Of a stretch of 64,000 nucleotides of DNA, positions 37,258 through 47,800 are shown in pieces. Below the pieces are notes generated by a model. That model worked only from the letters and a program-made list of their open reading frames with translations. It was not told the DNA's origin and ran no database searches. The position numbers were made by a program, and so were the translations under genes. The DNA lies in contig SXMG01000049.1 in NCBI GenBank assembly GCA_005778835.1, positions 1,746-65,745 on the forward strand, in the 5' to 3' direction. The stretch's first letter is position 1; every line of letters starts with the position of its first letter. The DNA is from Actinomycetota bacterium (lineage in GTDB: Bacteria; Actinomycetota; Actinomycetes; Actinomycetales; Microbacteriaceae).

Positions 37258-37857
37258 ATGACCTCCGAGCCCATCGTCGAGCTCCGCGGCCTCACTCTGA
37301 GCATTGACCCCGGTGAGCACACGATCGAGGGAGCGGGCTTGTCGGCCCGCGAAGAGGTCGTCGTCGAGGGGCGCGCCCGCGTCTCGACCGTGAAGACCGT
37401 AGACGGCTTTCACGCGACGATCGGCGTCTGCACCTGGCCGACCGGCGACGAAGGCTACGAACACGACATACGCCTGCTCGACTTCTGGACCGGCGCCGAC
37501 GACTACCGCCGACTCGAACGCGCCGGCAAGATGTCGCTCGCGCAGTCCGGCGATCGCCGGGTAGGCATCCTGCGCGCCATGGCGTACGGCGAGCGCGAGT
37601 GGCCGACCCTGCAGACTGTCGGCTGGGAGTCCCTCGACCGTCTGGCGGGCACGGACGTGGCGCACCTGCTGCGTGATCACGGGGGTGTGCCCGGTTCGGT
37701 CATCGAGCTGAACCAGAACGCGAAGCGCTTCAAGGATGCGCCAGCCTTCTCCATCGGCGACGACCCGACGGCGGCCTTCGTCGCATTCGCCGTCACGCGC
37801 GTCATGCCGATCGCCCGAGGCTTCGGCAAGCCCGGCCTGGAGCCCCTGCACGCATGA
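37258..37857 (+). CDS. Hypothetical protein
   Basis: GC-rich codons, TAGGGT-N7-ATG, ATGA-coupled to the next gene; no family recognised. Confidence 0.65.
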   Translation: MTSEPIVELRGLTLSIDPGEHTIEGAGLSAREEVVVEGRARVSTVKTVDGFHATIGVCTWPTGDEGYEHDIRLLDFWTGADDYRRLERAGKMSLAQSGDRRVGILRAMAYGEREWPTLQTVGWESLDRLAGTDVAHLLRDHGGVPGSVIELNQNAKRFKDAPAFSIGDDPTAAFVAFAVTRVMPIARGFGKPGLEPLHA

Positions 37858-39065
37858 CGCAGATCACGGTCGAGATGCCGGAGCGCGACAGCTACGGCGA
37901 GATCATGAAGGGCTACTTCTCCCTGATGCGCGGGTTCGGTATCGAGCTGGGGATGCGCTGCGACGCCGTACTCTCAGAACTCGACGGCGTGAACTGGTGG
38001 GCAGAACTGGTGTCCCAACGCCGCGATGAGCAGGAGAACCGCTGGAAGGGCTCGGTCAACCGGTTCGACCCCGGCCTCATGCTGCCCGAGTACGTCTGGA
38101 GACTCGATTCGCCACTCGCCAAGGCCCTGTCATCGAAACCCGACTCACGCGCTATAGCCAAGAAGATCCAGATCGCCCGCAATAGCTGGGTGCACTTCAC
38201 CACGGCGCCCGGCCCGCTCGAGCTTCAAGATGTGGCGACTCTGGTGAAGCAGTTCGCGAGCCTGAACGACTTGAAGATCAGCACTATGGCGACGCGCATG
38301 ATCAACCGCCTGGAGCGCATCCGCAACGGGAGGTACCAGCCGTTCAACGATGTGATCGCCAGGTGGCGGATCGACAACCCGTCGACTCCGGCTCCTGCAG
38401 CGAGCCCCGCGGCTGACCAGACGATGCCGGGCGTCGAGCAGCCTCCCCAGCCGGACCCGGGCGTCGAGCAGCCTCCCCAGCCGGACCCGGCCGCCGAGAC
38501 CATCGAGGTCGAGGCTCCCGCGATCGAACGCCGACCGCCGATCGGCGGCCGCTGGACGGGCGAGATCCCGGCCGGCCGCTTCATCCCAAGCGCGATCGGC
38601 GACCTGGTCGACCCGGGCAGGGGCGACGGCCTCCGTGCCCGTGTGGACGCCGACCTCTGGCCGCGCAAACGGCGTCTGTGGCTCGCGGCCCGCCCGCTCG
38701 GCGGCGTATGGGTCGACGAGCTCGACGGCGCAGTCGGCGGCTATGTCGACAACGTGCCGCGCCTTCTCGGCTACCTCGGTGACGAGCCCGACGACGGCCT
38801 CGCCCGCGGGTTCCTCACCCCGCGCTACTACGAGGTGTCGGCCGGCCGCATCGTTGACCTCGACTCCGGACTCGCACTCGAAGACGTCGTCTCTGCCGAC
38901 GCTCGCGAGGCGGCACAAGACACCCAGAAGACCGTGGCCGACTCAACACCCCAGCGTGCGGGCCTTCGCCTCAGCACCTACGGTGACCTCGTCGCGATCA
39001 CCGACGATGGTGTAATGCGCGTGGCCGTAGTTGAGCCCGCGCACTGGTTTCCGGGGCACCTCTAG
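37854..39065 (+). CDS. Swt1-like HEPN domain protein with Pro-rich linker and unknown C-terminal domain
   Basis: IARNSWVHF (RxxxxH) in a helical N-terminal domain. Confidence 0.7.
   Translation: MTQITVEMPERDSYGEIMKGYFSLMRGFGIELGMRCDAVLSELDGVNWWAELVSQRRDEQENRWKGSVNRFDPGLMLPEYVWRLDSPLAKALSSKPDSRAIAKKIQIARNSWVHFTTAPGPLELQDVATLVKQFASLNDLKISTMATRMINRLERIRNGRYQPFNDVIARWRIDNPSTPAPAASPAADQTMPGVEQPPQPDPGVEQPPQPDPAAETIEVEAPAIERRPPIGGRWTGEIPAGRFIPSAIGDLVDPGRGDGLRARVDADLWPRKRRLWLAARPLGGVWVDELDGAVGGYVDNVPRLLGYLGDEPDDGLARGFLTPRYYEVSAGRIVDLDSGLALEDVVSADAREAAQDTQKTVADSTPQRAGLRLSTYGDLVAITDDGVMRVAVVEPAHWFPGHL
38431..38490 (+). repeat. Perfect 30-bp tandem duplication in a coding linker
   Basis: GCGTCGAGCAGCCTCCCCAGCCGGACCCGG x2; the protein repeats PGVEQPPQPD. 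Confidence 0.95.
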
Positions 39066-39290
39066 AGACTTTGGCGTGCCGAGCTCGCTTGACCACAGCT
39101 TCTCCTGGTTTCTGAGCTTTGCTTGTGGGTCAGCCTGCGACCTGCTTTACTAAACGTACTTGCTTCCGGAAGGCGGCGAGGAGCACCACCCGTTGGCTCC
39201 TGAAAAGGGGCTGCTACACCAACACTGCAAGTCCGCAAGGGCTTCTGGAAACGCCAAGACGACAAGATTCGCTCGTCGTCGAAGACTCAG

Positions 39291-39320
39291 AAGCCGACCT
39301 AGGTCGGCTTTTTCGTTTTC
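39291..39320 (+). terminator. Intrinsic-terminator-like palindrome plus T-tract upstream of the AIPR gene
   Basis: Perfect palindrome AAGCCGACCTAGGTCGGCTT followed by TTTCGTTTT. Confidence 0.6.
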
Positions 39321-39357
39321 TGGGCCAGGAGTTCTTCCTTCATCAGAGGAGAACACA

Positions 39358-40758
39358 TTGACCATCACCAACGCTTCGGCACCCACAACCATCACGGTCA
39401 AGTTCGAACAGATCGCTTCACAGACTGCCGACGGCATTACCCGGATCTCAGGATTCGTTCGTGCCCGCCACTTTGTGGCCATCATCGACGCACTCGATCT
39501 CGAGGCGAACCCACGTGCAGCGCGCGTGGGCCGCGTCACCAACGCGATCATCGAATCGATCCAGACCACGCCCAAAGAGTTCCCCTTCAAGACGAAGGGC
39601 GTTCTGCTCGGCGCTACGAACTACGAACTTCTTGATCGCGGTCGAGTACGGGCTGTATTCGTTGAGCGCGACAACGAGGGAATCCTCGATGGCGGCCACA
39701 ACACGATGGCGATCGGTCTCCACATTCTGCGTGTCGCGGGTGTGCCCGAAGCCAAGGTTCGAAAGGTCAAGGACTGGGCGTCTTTTCGCGCACTCTGGAA
39801 CGCCGAGTCTGACACGGTCAAGCAGTTCCGCGGAGAGCTTGCGGACTTCGGCAAGGCTGAGCCAGCGCAAGACGACGAACTCGCCTTTCTTGTTCCGGTC
39901 GAGCTCATTGTCCCGAGTGACCCCGACGACGTCGTAATCGTCCATGACTTCCAGTCTTCGATCCTGGAGATCTGCGCCGCTCGCAACAACAACGCCGAAC
40001 TCGTAGTCGCCGGCAAGTCGAACCAGGCGGGTTTCTACGAACACCTGAAAACTCTCCTGCCCCAGGAGATCAGCGAGCGAATCGAGTGGAAGACGGGCGA
40101 GGGAGGAGCGGTCAAGGTTTCGGACCTGATCGCACTCACCTGGATCCCGCTCAGTCTTCTCGAGCCGATGCCGACCGACGAGGGCGTGAAGCCAGTCGTC
40201 GCGCCCATCCCGCAGAACCTCTACCGCAATAAGGGAGAGTGCCTGACGAAGTTTGACGATCTCATGCGCCTCGACGCGGTCACCACCGAAAGCGGCGGTA
40301 AGTTCGAGCTTCACAACCAGCGTGTCTACAGCGCGCTCAAGATCGCCGCGAATATGCCGGAAGTGTTCGACCTCATCGAAGAGATCTTTCCCGACGCGTA
40401 CAACAAGGCTGATGGCAGGTACGGCCGCATCGGGGCCGTCAAGAAGATGAACCAGAGCACGCGTTCGAAGACGTCGAACTTCGAAGGTCGGGCTATCCCC
40501 GTGGCAAGCCCTGACGGCTTTCTCTACCCGGTCGTCTATGGAGTTCGGGAACTCATGAAGCAGGCGAGTGACGGCAAGATCGAGTGGAAGGTCGAGCCCC
40601 TCCAATTCGTGCGTGACCACATCCTCGACATCGCCGAGGCATACAAGGCAGTGGTGTCGGCTCTGGACTGGGACCCCGTCCGTGTCGGCAAGGCTCCGCT
40701 GGCTTATCAGGTTGTCACCACCGCGTACCAGGCGGCGCTCGCGAAGTCAGCACGTTGA
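39358..40758 (+). CDS. AIPR-like (ParB-fold) protein
   Basis: ANPR, FPFKTKGVLL, GILDGGHNT, ARNNN; SD AGAGGAG before TTG 39358. Confidence 0.68.
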   Translation: MTITNASAPTTITVKFEQIASQTADGITRISGFVRARHFVAIIDALDLEANPRAARVGRVTNAIIESIQTTPKEFPFKTKGVLLGATNYELLDRGRVRAVFVERDNEGILDGGHNTMAIGLHILRVAGVPEAKVRKVKDWASFRALWNAESDTVKQFRGELADFGKAEPAQDDELAFLVPVELIVPSDPDDVVIVHDFQSSILEICAARNNNAELVVAGKSNQAGFYEHLKTLLPQEISERIEWKTGEGGAVKVSDLIALTWIPLSLLEPMPTDEGVKPVVAPIPQNLYRNKGECLTKFDDLMRLDAVTTESGGKFELHNQRVYSALKIAANMPEVFDLIEEIFPDAYNKADGRYGRIGAVKKMNQSTRSKTSNFEGRAIPVASPDGFLYPVVYGVRELMKQASDGKIEWKVEPLQFVRDHILDIAEAYKAVVSALDWDPVRVGKAPLAYQVVTTAYQAALAKSAR

Positions 40759-40843
40759 GCCGCCGCTCGCGTGCCCGGCGCAAAGTGTCCAATGTCGGTC
40801 GTCCCCGCAACCCTGAAGAACTGCTTTCTGGCCGGAGAGGAGC

Positions 40844-43800
40844 ATGACCATGGGTGACGCGCTGCAGGTGAAGGGCACCACGAACGTGCCGTGGAACGAC
40901 GTCAAGGTCGACGGGGCGACCGCCCAGTCGGTGCACTACGGACGCGACGAGTCGGGCGTCGGCGAAGTGCAGGTCGCCGTCGCGACGATCACCGGCAAGC
41001 CGACGAAGGCGCTCATGAACGAGCTCTGGAAGATCCGCGGGGTCAAGAGCGCCATGCCCGTGGTCGTCGCCGCGGTCGCCCCCGAGGGCGTCTACATCTA
41101 CAGCGGCGGCACGGATGCCCTGCCGCTCGGCCCGCTGCCCCACGCGCAGGCTGCTCTGCGGCTGCAGGCGGTGCTCGACGAGCCCGATGGCCTCGCCGCT
41201 GCGAATCGACTGCGTGCGGTGGAGGATTCTTACCAGACCATCGGACTCGGCGGCTTCGCCAACCACTACCTGTTCGCGAGCTACCACCTGAAGCGCGACG
41301 TGCCTCGGCGCGCCGACTGGGATGCCGCGGGGGAGCGCGCCGAGCCGATGCTCTCCCGCCGCGGCGCCGAGCTCATCTCGTCGCTGGGCTTCACGAGCGA
41401 GCCGGCCCCAGGTGGTGCCCTCGTGCTCCGAGGCACCACCGGCCAGCGCCGGGCCATCGCTGTGCTGCTCGACGAGTCGGAGAACTTCGATCAGAAGAGC
41501 GCCCGTCACCAGCTGTCGCCGGTCGCCCACGGCCTCGAGCTCGCCCGTCGCGAGGAGGTCGCGTGGGTCGTGCTGCTGCGCCAGAGCACCCTGCGGCTCT
41601 ACCCCGGCCGCGACGGCGTCGGCGTCGGACAGCGCGGGCAGTCTGAGACCTACTTCGAGCTCGACCTCGCGATGGTCGATCCCGATTTCGCGGCCCTCCT
41701 GCCGCTGATCTTCTCGGCCGAAGCGCTCGAGCCGGGCGGCTCTGCCGACGAGATCCTCGCCGGGTCGGGCCGCTACGCCGCCGACCTCGGCTCGCGTCTG
41801 CGCGACCGCGTCTACCTCGGTGTCGTGCCGCGGCTCTCGATCGCCGTCGCCGAACGCCTCCCGCAGCTGGGCGTGACGGTCGACGCCGAGGGCCTGCAGG
41901 TCGCCTACAAGCTGAGCATGCGCATCCTGTTCCGACTGCTCTTCCAGGCCTACGGCGAGGCGACCGAGCTGTTGCCGGCGGGCCGCAACGAGCACTACGA
42001 CGCCAACAGTCTGCGGGCCTTCGTCGAGCGCGAACTGTCGACCGACCCGGCTGACTTCGCCGCCGAGGCGTCGTCGATCTGGCGCGATCTGGTGCAGGTG
42101 TGGGATGCGATCGCCCACGGCAACCCGCGCTGGGAGGTTCCCGCCTACGGCGGCAGTCTCTTCGACCCCACGACCGACGAGGGCCAGCTGCTTGAGCGCT
42201 TGCAACTGCCCGACAACGTGCTCGGCCCAGCCCTGCAGGCCATGCTCATCGAGCGGACGGAAGATGACTCGCTCGGTGCGGTCGATTTCCGCTCTCTGCA
42301 GGTGCGTGAGTTCGGCACCATCTACGAGGGCCTCCTCGAGTCGTCGCTCTCGCTCGCCGAGACCGACCTGACCACTGACAAGAACGGCGTCTACATCCCG
42401 GCGCCTGAGGGTGCCGAGCCGGAGGTGCGCGCGGGCGAGCCCTACTTCCACTCCGCTTCCGGTGAGCGCAAGGCGACAGGCTCGTACTACACGCCGAAGA
42501 TCGTCGTCGACCACCTTATTGAGCGCTCGGTCGAGCCTGCGCTCGACGCGCACCTCGCACGCGTGAAGGCGCTCATGGACGAGGGCCGTGAGCGAGAGGC
42601 CGGGGACCTGTTCTTCGACTTCCGCGTCGCCGATCTCGCGATGGGCTCCGCGCACTTCCTGGTCGCAGCGGTCGACAAGATCGAGCGCGGCATGCGCGAC
42701 TTCCTCACCGCTACGCCGGTGCCCTCGGTGCGCGCCGAGCTGCAGCGCCTTGCCGAGAAGGCGCGCGAGGCGCTCGGTGCCGACGCCCAGGCGGCCGAGG
42801 CGATCACCGAGGCGCAGCTGCTGCGGCGCCAGGTGGCGCGCCGCTGCATCTACGGTCTCGACATCAATCCGCTCGCGGTCGAGTTGTCGCGCCTCGCCCT
42901 CTGGATCCACACCTTCGTGCCCGGCCTGCCGATGTCGAGCCTCGACCACGGACTCGTGCTCGCGAACTCGCTCACGGGCATCGGCACGGTCGACGAGGCG
43001 ATGGATGCTCTAAACGCGAAGGCGCTGTTCGAAGACCTCATCCGCGAGCCGCTGGCGGCAGCGCACGAGCTCCTCAAGGACTACGCCCGCGCCTCCGAGG
43101 CAGACAAGTCGGAGGTCGCGCGTGGCTCCGAAGTGCTCGCGAAGGCAGTTGAGGCTGCAGCACCCGCACGGGCAATCTTCGACGTCGCCCTCGCCAAGCG
43201 GCTCGGCCTGCCCGTCGGCGAGGCCTGGGACGCTCAGCAGTTCATCGAGCTCGCCGCCGACCCCCGCATCCGCGAGGCGGTCGACTCACTGAGCCCGGCG
43301 CACCTGCCGTACCTGTTCCCCGAGGTGTTCCTCCGCGACAACCCTGGCTTCGACGCCCTTGTCGGCAACCCGCCGTGGGAGAAGGTCAAGCTCGAGGAGC
43401 ACCAGTGGTGGGGCCTGCGCATCCCGAAGCTCCGCAGCATGCCGCAAAAGGAGAAGAACGCAGCGCTCGAGGCGTTCCGAGCCGCGCGCCCTGATCTCGT
43501 GGCTCAGTACGAGCGGGAGCGTGCCGCGACGGATGCGTTCCGCTCGATCCTCTTGCGAGGCCCTTATCCCGGTCTTGGTTCAGGAGACCCAGACCTGTAC
43601 CAGGCTTTCGCGTGGCGGTTCTGGCGTTTGGCTCGTAGTCACGGACGCACGGCGGTAGTGATGCCTCGAGGTGCTTTGTCCGGATCTGCTTTGCAGTCGT
43701 GGCGTCGCGATGTGCTGGAGCACGGTGCCTTCTCCGACGTCTGCTTCTTGCTCAACAACCAGAACTGGGTTTTTCCGAACGTCCATCCTCAGTACACCGT

Positions 43801-44836
43801 TGCGCTGATCGTGATGGAACGGGCGGAAGAGTCAGTCGTTCGGGTGTGCGGCCCGTTCGCGAGCGCTGATGAGTTCCACGCCAACGCTCGAAACCTTGCC
43901 GTGGTTGACGGTGAGCAGTTTCTTTCATGGTCTTCTACGGCGGCTTTCCCACTAATTCCAGATCCGACCTCAGCGCAAGTGTTTCTGCAGATGAAGAAAT
44001 CACCGCGCTTCGATAAAGCCCGAACCGATTGGGAGTTCCGGCCTTTCAGAGAATTCGACGCGACCAACGACAAGGACAAGTTCGAGTTCGACATCGAAGA
44101 GCCGAGAGCGCGAATCCCCGTGCTCGCTGGCGCCTCTTTCCACTTGTGGGACCCCAACTTCGGCACCCCTTACGCCTACGCGCGCCCGGAGGTGCTTCGT
44201 CCAGCGCTTGCCACGAAGCTCGCCCGAGCAGTAACGACACCTCGATCGGTTTACTCCGGCCTGAGCTTCGCCAATGATGAGCTGCCGATGGATCGGGCCC
44301 GGATCGCTTTTCGTGACATCAGTCGCTCGACCGACTCTCGGACGACATTGCCATGCTTGCTCCCGCCCGGGAGCGTCGCCGTGCATAACGCGCCTCTGCT
44401 CGTCACCCGCAAGGGCGATGAGAAGGCTGAGGCTTTCCTCCTCGGCGTCATGAGCTCGATCCCGTTCGACTGGGGCTCGCGGCGGTGGGTCGAGCTTCAC
44501 CTCACCTTCGAAGTGCTCAACGCATTGCCAGTTCCGCAATACGTACCTGGTACCGCGATCGCAGACCGAATCGTGCACATCGCCGGACAACTCGCCGCCG
44601 TCGACGAGAGGTACACCGACTGGGCAACGGCGGTAGGCGTTAAGGCGGGGTCGGTGACCGATCCGTTTGAGAAGCAAACTCTCATCGCTGAGCTCGACGC
44701 GCTCGTCGCGCACTCCTACGACCTCACTCGCGCGCAGGTCGAGCATGTATTCGCCACGTTCCACCGCGGGTGGAACCACGAAGACCGCCTAGCGGCCGTT
44801 CTCGAGCACTACGACACCTGGAAGGACGCCGCGTGA
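40844..44836 (+). CDS. Large Eco57I/type IIG-like N6-adenine DNA methyltransferase with C-terminal TRD
   Basis: RILFRLLF, YGGSLFD, FGTIYEGLLE, RKATGSYYTP, DLAMGSAHFL, YGLDIN, GNPPW. Confidence 0.9.
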   Translation: MTMGDALQVKGTTNVPWNDVKVDGATAQSVHYGRDESGVGEVQVAVATITGKPTKALMNELWKIRGVKSAMPVVVAAVAPEGVYIYSGGTDALPLGPLPHAQAALRLQAVLDEPDGLAAANRLRAVEDSYQTIGLGGFANHYLFASYHLKRDVPRRADWDAAGERAEPMLSRRGAELISSLGFTSEPAPGGALVLRGTTGQRRAIAVLLDESENFDQKSARHQLSPVAHGLELARREEVAWVVLLRQSTLRLYPGRDGVGVGQRGQSETYFELDLAMVDPDFAALLPLIFSAEALEPGGSADEILAGSGRYAADLGSRLRDRVYLGVVPRLSIAVAERLPQLGVTVDAEGLQVAYKLSMRILFRLLFQAYGEATELLPAGRNEHYDANSLRAFVERELSTDPADFAAEASSIWRDLVQVWDAIAHGNPRWEVPAYGGSLFDPTTDEGQLLERLQLPDNVLGPALQAMLIERTEDDSLGAVDFRSLQVREFGTIYEGLLESSLSLAETDLTTDKNGVYIPAPEGAEPEVRAGEPYFHSASGERKATGSYYTPKIVVDHLIERSVEPALDAHLARVKALMDEGREREAGDLFFDFRVADLAMGSAHFLVAAVDKIERGMRDFLTATPVPSVRAELQRLAEKAREALGADAQAAEAITEAQLLRRQVARRCIYGLDINPLAVELSRLALWIHTFVPGLPMSSLDHGLVLANSLTGIGTVDEAMDALNAKALFEDLIREPLAAAHELLKDYARASEADKSEVARGSEVLAKAVEAAAPARAIFDVALAKRLGLPVGEAWDAQQFIELAADPRIREAVDSLSPAHLPYLFPEVFLRDNPGFDALVGNPPWEKVKLEEHQWWGLRIPKLRSMPQKEKNAALEAFRAARPDLVAQYERERAATDAFRSILLRGPYPGLGSGDPDLYQAFAWRFWRLARSHGRTAVVMPRGALSGSALQSWRRDVLEHGAFSDVCFLLNNQNWVFPNVHPQYTVALIVMERAEESVVRVCGPFASADEFHANARNLAVVDGEQFLSWSSTAAFPLIPDPTSAQVFLQMKKSPRFDKARTDWEFRPFREFDATNDKDKFEFDIEEPRARIPVLAGASFHLWDPNFGTPYAYARPEVLRPALATKLARAVTTPRSVYSGLSFANDELPMDRARIAFRDISRSTDSRTTLPCLLPPGSVAVHNAPLLVTRKGDEKAEAFLLGVMSSIPFDWGSRRWVELHLTFEVLNALPVPQYVPGTAIADRIVHIAGQLAAVDERYTDWATAVGVKAGSVTDPFEKQTLIAELDALVAHSYDLTRAQVEHVFATFHRGWNHEDRLAAVLEHYDTWKDAA

Positions 44837-47800
44837 CCGAACAGCTGCCCGTCTTCGCGACCAACCGGCTCGCGCCTCCAATGACGGTAGGGGAGGAGAT
44901 CGCGCGGCTGTTCCGGGTGAACAGGGAGGCGCTCGCATCCGCCCCCAGCGCCGCCATCGCGACCGCCTACGTCAACCCGGCCGGCTTCCTGTTGATCGCC
45001 GATGAGCTCGAAAAGCTGCCTCGCATTCGCGTGCTGCTCGGGGCGGAGCCCCTGCCCGACCCGGTGCTCACCGAGCGCGCGGATGAAGCCCTTCGCGCAC
45101 GCCTGCGCGAGGCGCTCAACGACCACGATGCCTGGTTGCGGGCCGAGCGCGACGCTCTCGGCTTCGCGCCGGAGGCCACGCTGTCGGCGAAGCGGCTCGT
45201 TGCCTGGCTGCGCGCCGCTGACGAGCGAGGTGAGCCCGTCGTCGAGATCCGCCGCTACACCGGTGGATTCCTGCACGGCAAGGCGTACATCAGCCACCAC
45301 CCGACGCACCCGGCCTACCTCGCTGGGTCGAGCAACCTCACCCTGGCCGGGCTCACGCGCAACGCCGAGCTCAACGTCGGCGCATCTGGGCAGCACGGCT
45401 CGACCGGCCAGGTCGTCGACTGGTTCGAGGAGTGCTGGACCGACAGCGAGACCTATGACCTTGCCGCGCTCTACGAGCCCCTCTGGGGCGAGCACAGCCC
45501 ATGGACGGTCTACCTGCGCATGCTGCTCGAGCGCTACGGGTCGCACCTCGACGAGGAGAAGTCGGAGTCGCTGCGGTTCGAGCTCACACGGTTCCAGGTC
45601 GACGGGGTGCGGCGCATGCGCCGCCTGCTCGACGAGATCGGCGGCGTTCTCGTCGCCGACGAGGTGGGTCTCGGCAAGACCTACCTCGCCCTCGAGGTCA
45701 TCGCTGCCGCAAGCGAAGAGCTGCGGCAACGGGTCATCGTAGCCGCGCCGGCTGCCCTGAAAGCGGGGGTGTGGGATCCCATCTTGAAGCGCTACGGGAT
45801 GAGCAGACGGGTCACCGCATACTCGTATGAGGAGATCCGCAATCGGATGGACCCGGAGAAGGAGCCGGACCACGACTTCCTCAACGAGGTGGAAGACGCA
45901 GCCCTTGTCATCGTCGACGAGGCGCACAACCTGCGTAACGCCTCCGCGGCTCGCTCGGGGGCGCTCGACCGAGTCATCCTCTCGGGTAAGCACCCGAAGA
46001 AGGTCGTCCTTCTTACGGCCACACCCGTCAACAACTCGCTCATAGACCTGGAGACGCTGCTGAAGTACTTCGTGCGCGATGACGCACGGTTCGCCTCGCG
46101 GGGCATCCCGTCGATTCGCGGCTACATCCGCGACGCCCAGAAGCTCGACCCGGAGGCTTTGACCCCGGCACACCTGTTCGACCTCATGGACGAGGTCGCC
46201 GTGCGCCGTACTCGAAGCTTCGTCAAGCAGAACTACCGTGGCGAGACAGTGCCCGGCCCCAACGGTACGAAGATCGTGGTCGAGTTTCCCGACCCCGATG
46301 TCTACCGGGTCGACTACACGCTCGATGAGGCCGGCGAGGCGCTCGTCGACGCGGTCACCTACGCGCTCGACATCCCCGAAAGCGAGAAGCACGTCGCCTC
46401 GTTCGAGGTGCGACGCAACGACCCACGACGACTCTTGCTCTCGCGCTACGCACCGAGCGCCTATCTGAAGAGCGAGAAGCTCGACGGTAGCCAGGTGTCG
46501 AACATGGGCCTGCTGCGGTCGGCGCTGCTCAAGCGGCTCGAGTCGTCGCCGCAAGCGCTCGCCAGCACGCTGCAGGTGCTCATCACCGCCCATGAGGGAT
46601 TCCTCGCCGCGCTCGACAAGGGCATGGTGCTCATCGGTGGAGCCCTGCGCGACTACATCAGTTCGGAGTCGGAGGACCTCGACGAGATCGTCGCCGGCCT
46701 CGACGTGGATAACGCGCACCAGGCGACGCCGGCCGCCGACTACCACGCCGACGTGCTTGCGTCAGATGTCGTGCTCGACCTCGAGCTTCTGCGCAGCATC
46801 CGTCAGCTCGCCGTCGATGCCGCCGCCGGGGACGAGCCCAAGGCGCAGCGTCTTGTCGACGAACTCGGGGCCATCGCCGCGGACTCGCGCACGACGAGCG
46901 CAAAGGGCATCAGCTCGAGCGACCGGCGCAAGCTCATCGTGTTCTCGACCTACGCCGACACGATCCGAGACCTGCACGAGCGCATCGACAAGGCGCTCGA
47001 TGAGGCACCCGAGGGCAGCCTGCTCGCCGACTACCGGGGTCGCCTGGCTCCGGCCATCATCGGCGAGTACGCATCGGGCAAGACCGGTGGCATCAACCAG
47101 GTCAGCCGTGCGAAGGCGATCGCGGGCTTCGCGCCGCGCACGGCGGGGCAGCTCGACAACGAGGGCATTCCCGTCCACTCGGACGACTACGACATCCTGC
47201 TCACGACCGACGTTCTCGCGGAGGGCGTCAACCTGCAGCAGGCTGGACGCATCGTCAACTACGACCTGCCGTGGAACCCCATGCGCATTGTGCAGCGCCA
47301 CGGCCGCGTCGACCGCATCGGCAGCGAGCATGACAAGATCCATCTCGGCGTCTTCTTCCCGACCGAGCACCTCGATGAGTTCCTCAACCTCGAGAACACG
47401 CTCATCCGCAAGCTGAAGCAGGCCGATGCCGCCATCGGCACCGGCAAGGTGCTACCCGGCGTGAACCCCTACCCGCCGAAAGACCACTACGACGCCGACG
47501 ACATCGTCGACGAGATCGAGCAGCTCGTCGAGACCAGTGGCGGATCCGCCGCCGGCTCGGGGGAGGAGTACCGTCGCCGCCTCGCGAACGCGCTGGATGC
47601 CGAGCCGGGGCTGCGCGAGCACCTCGAGGCCCTGCCGCACGGGATCGGCAGCGGCTTCCGCTCGACGGTGATCGAGGGCAACCACTACGTCTTCTGCATG
47701 CGCATGGGGCCCGACGACAGCGAACATGTGTGGTTCCGCAACGTGCCGGTGGACGAAGACTGGGCTCCGGTTACCGATGAGCACGGTGTGACGACGGTTG

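Noticed and set aside
38431-38490. Possible CRISPR repeat or att site
   Set aside because: Two adjacent in-frame copies inside a Pro-rich linker
39160-39357. N-terminal extension of the AIPR ORF given in the track
   Set aside because: It crosses a terminator-like hairpin, and a good SD precedes TTG 39358
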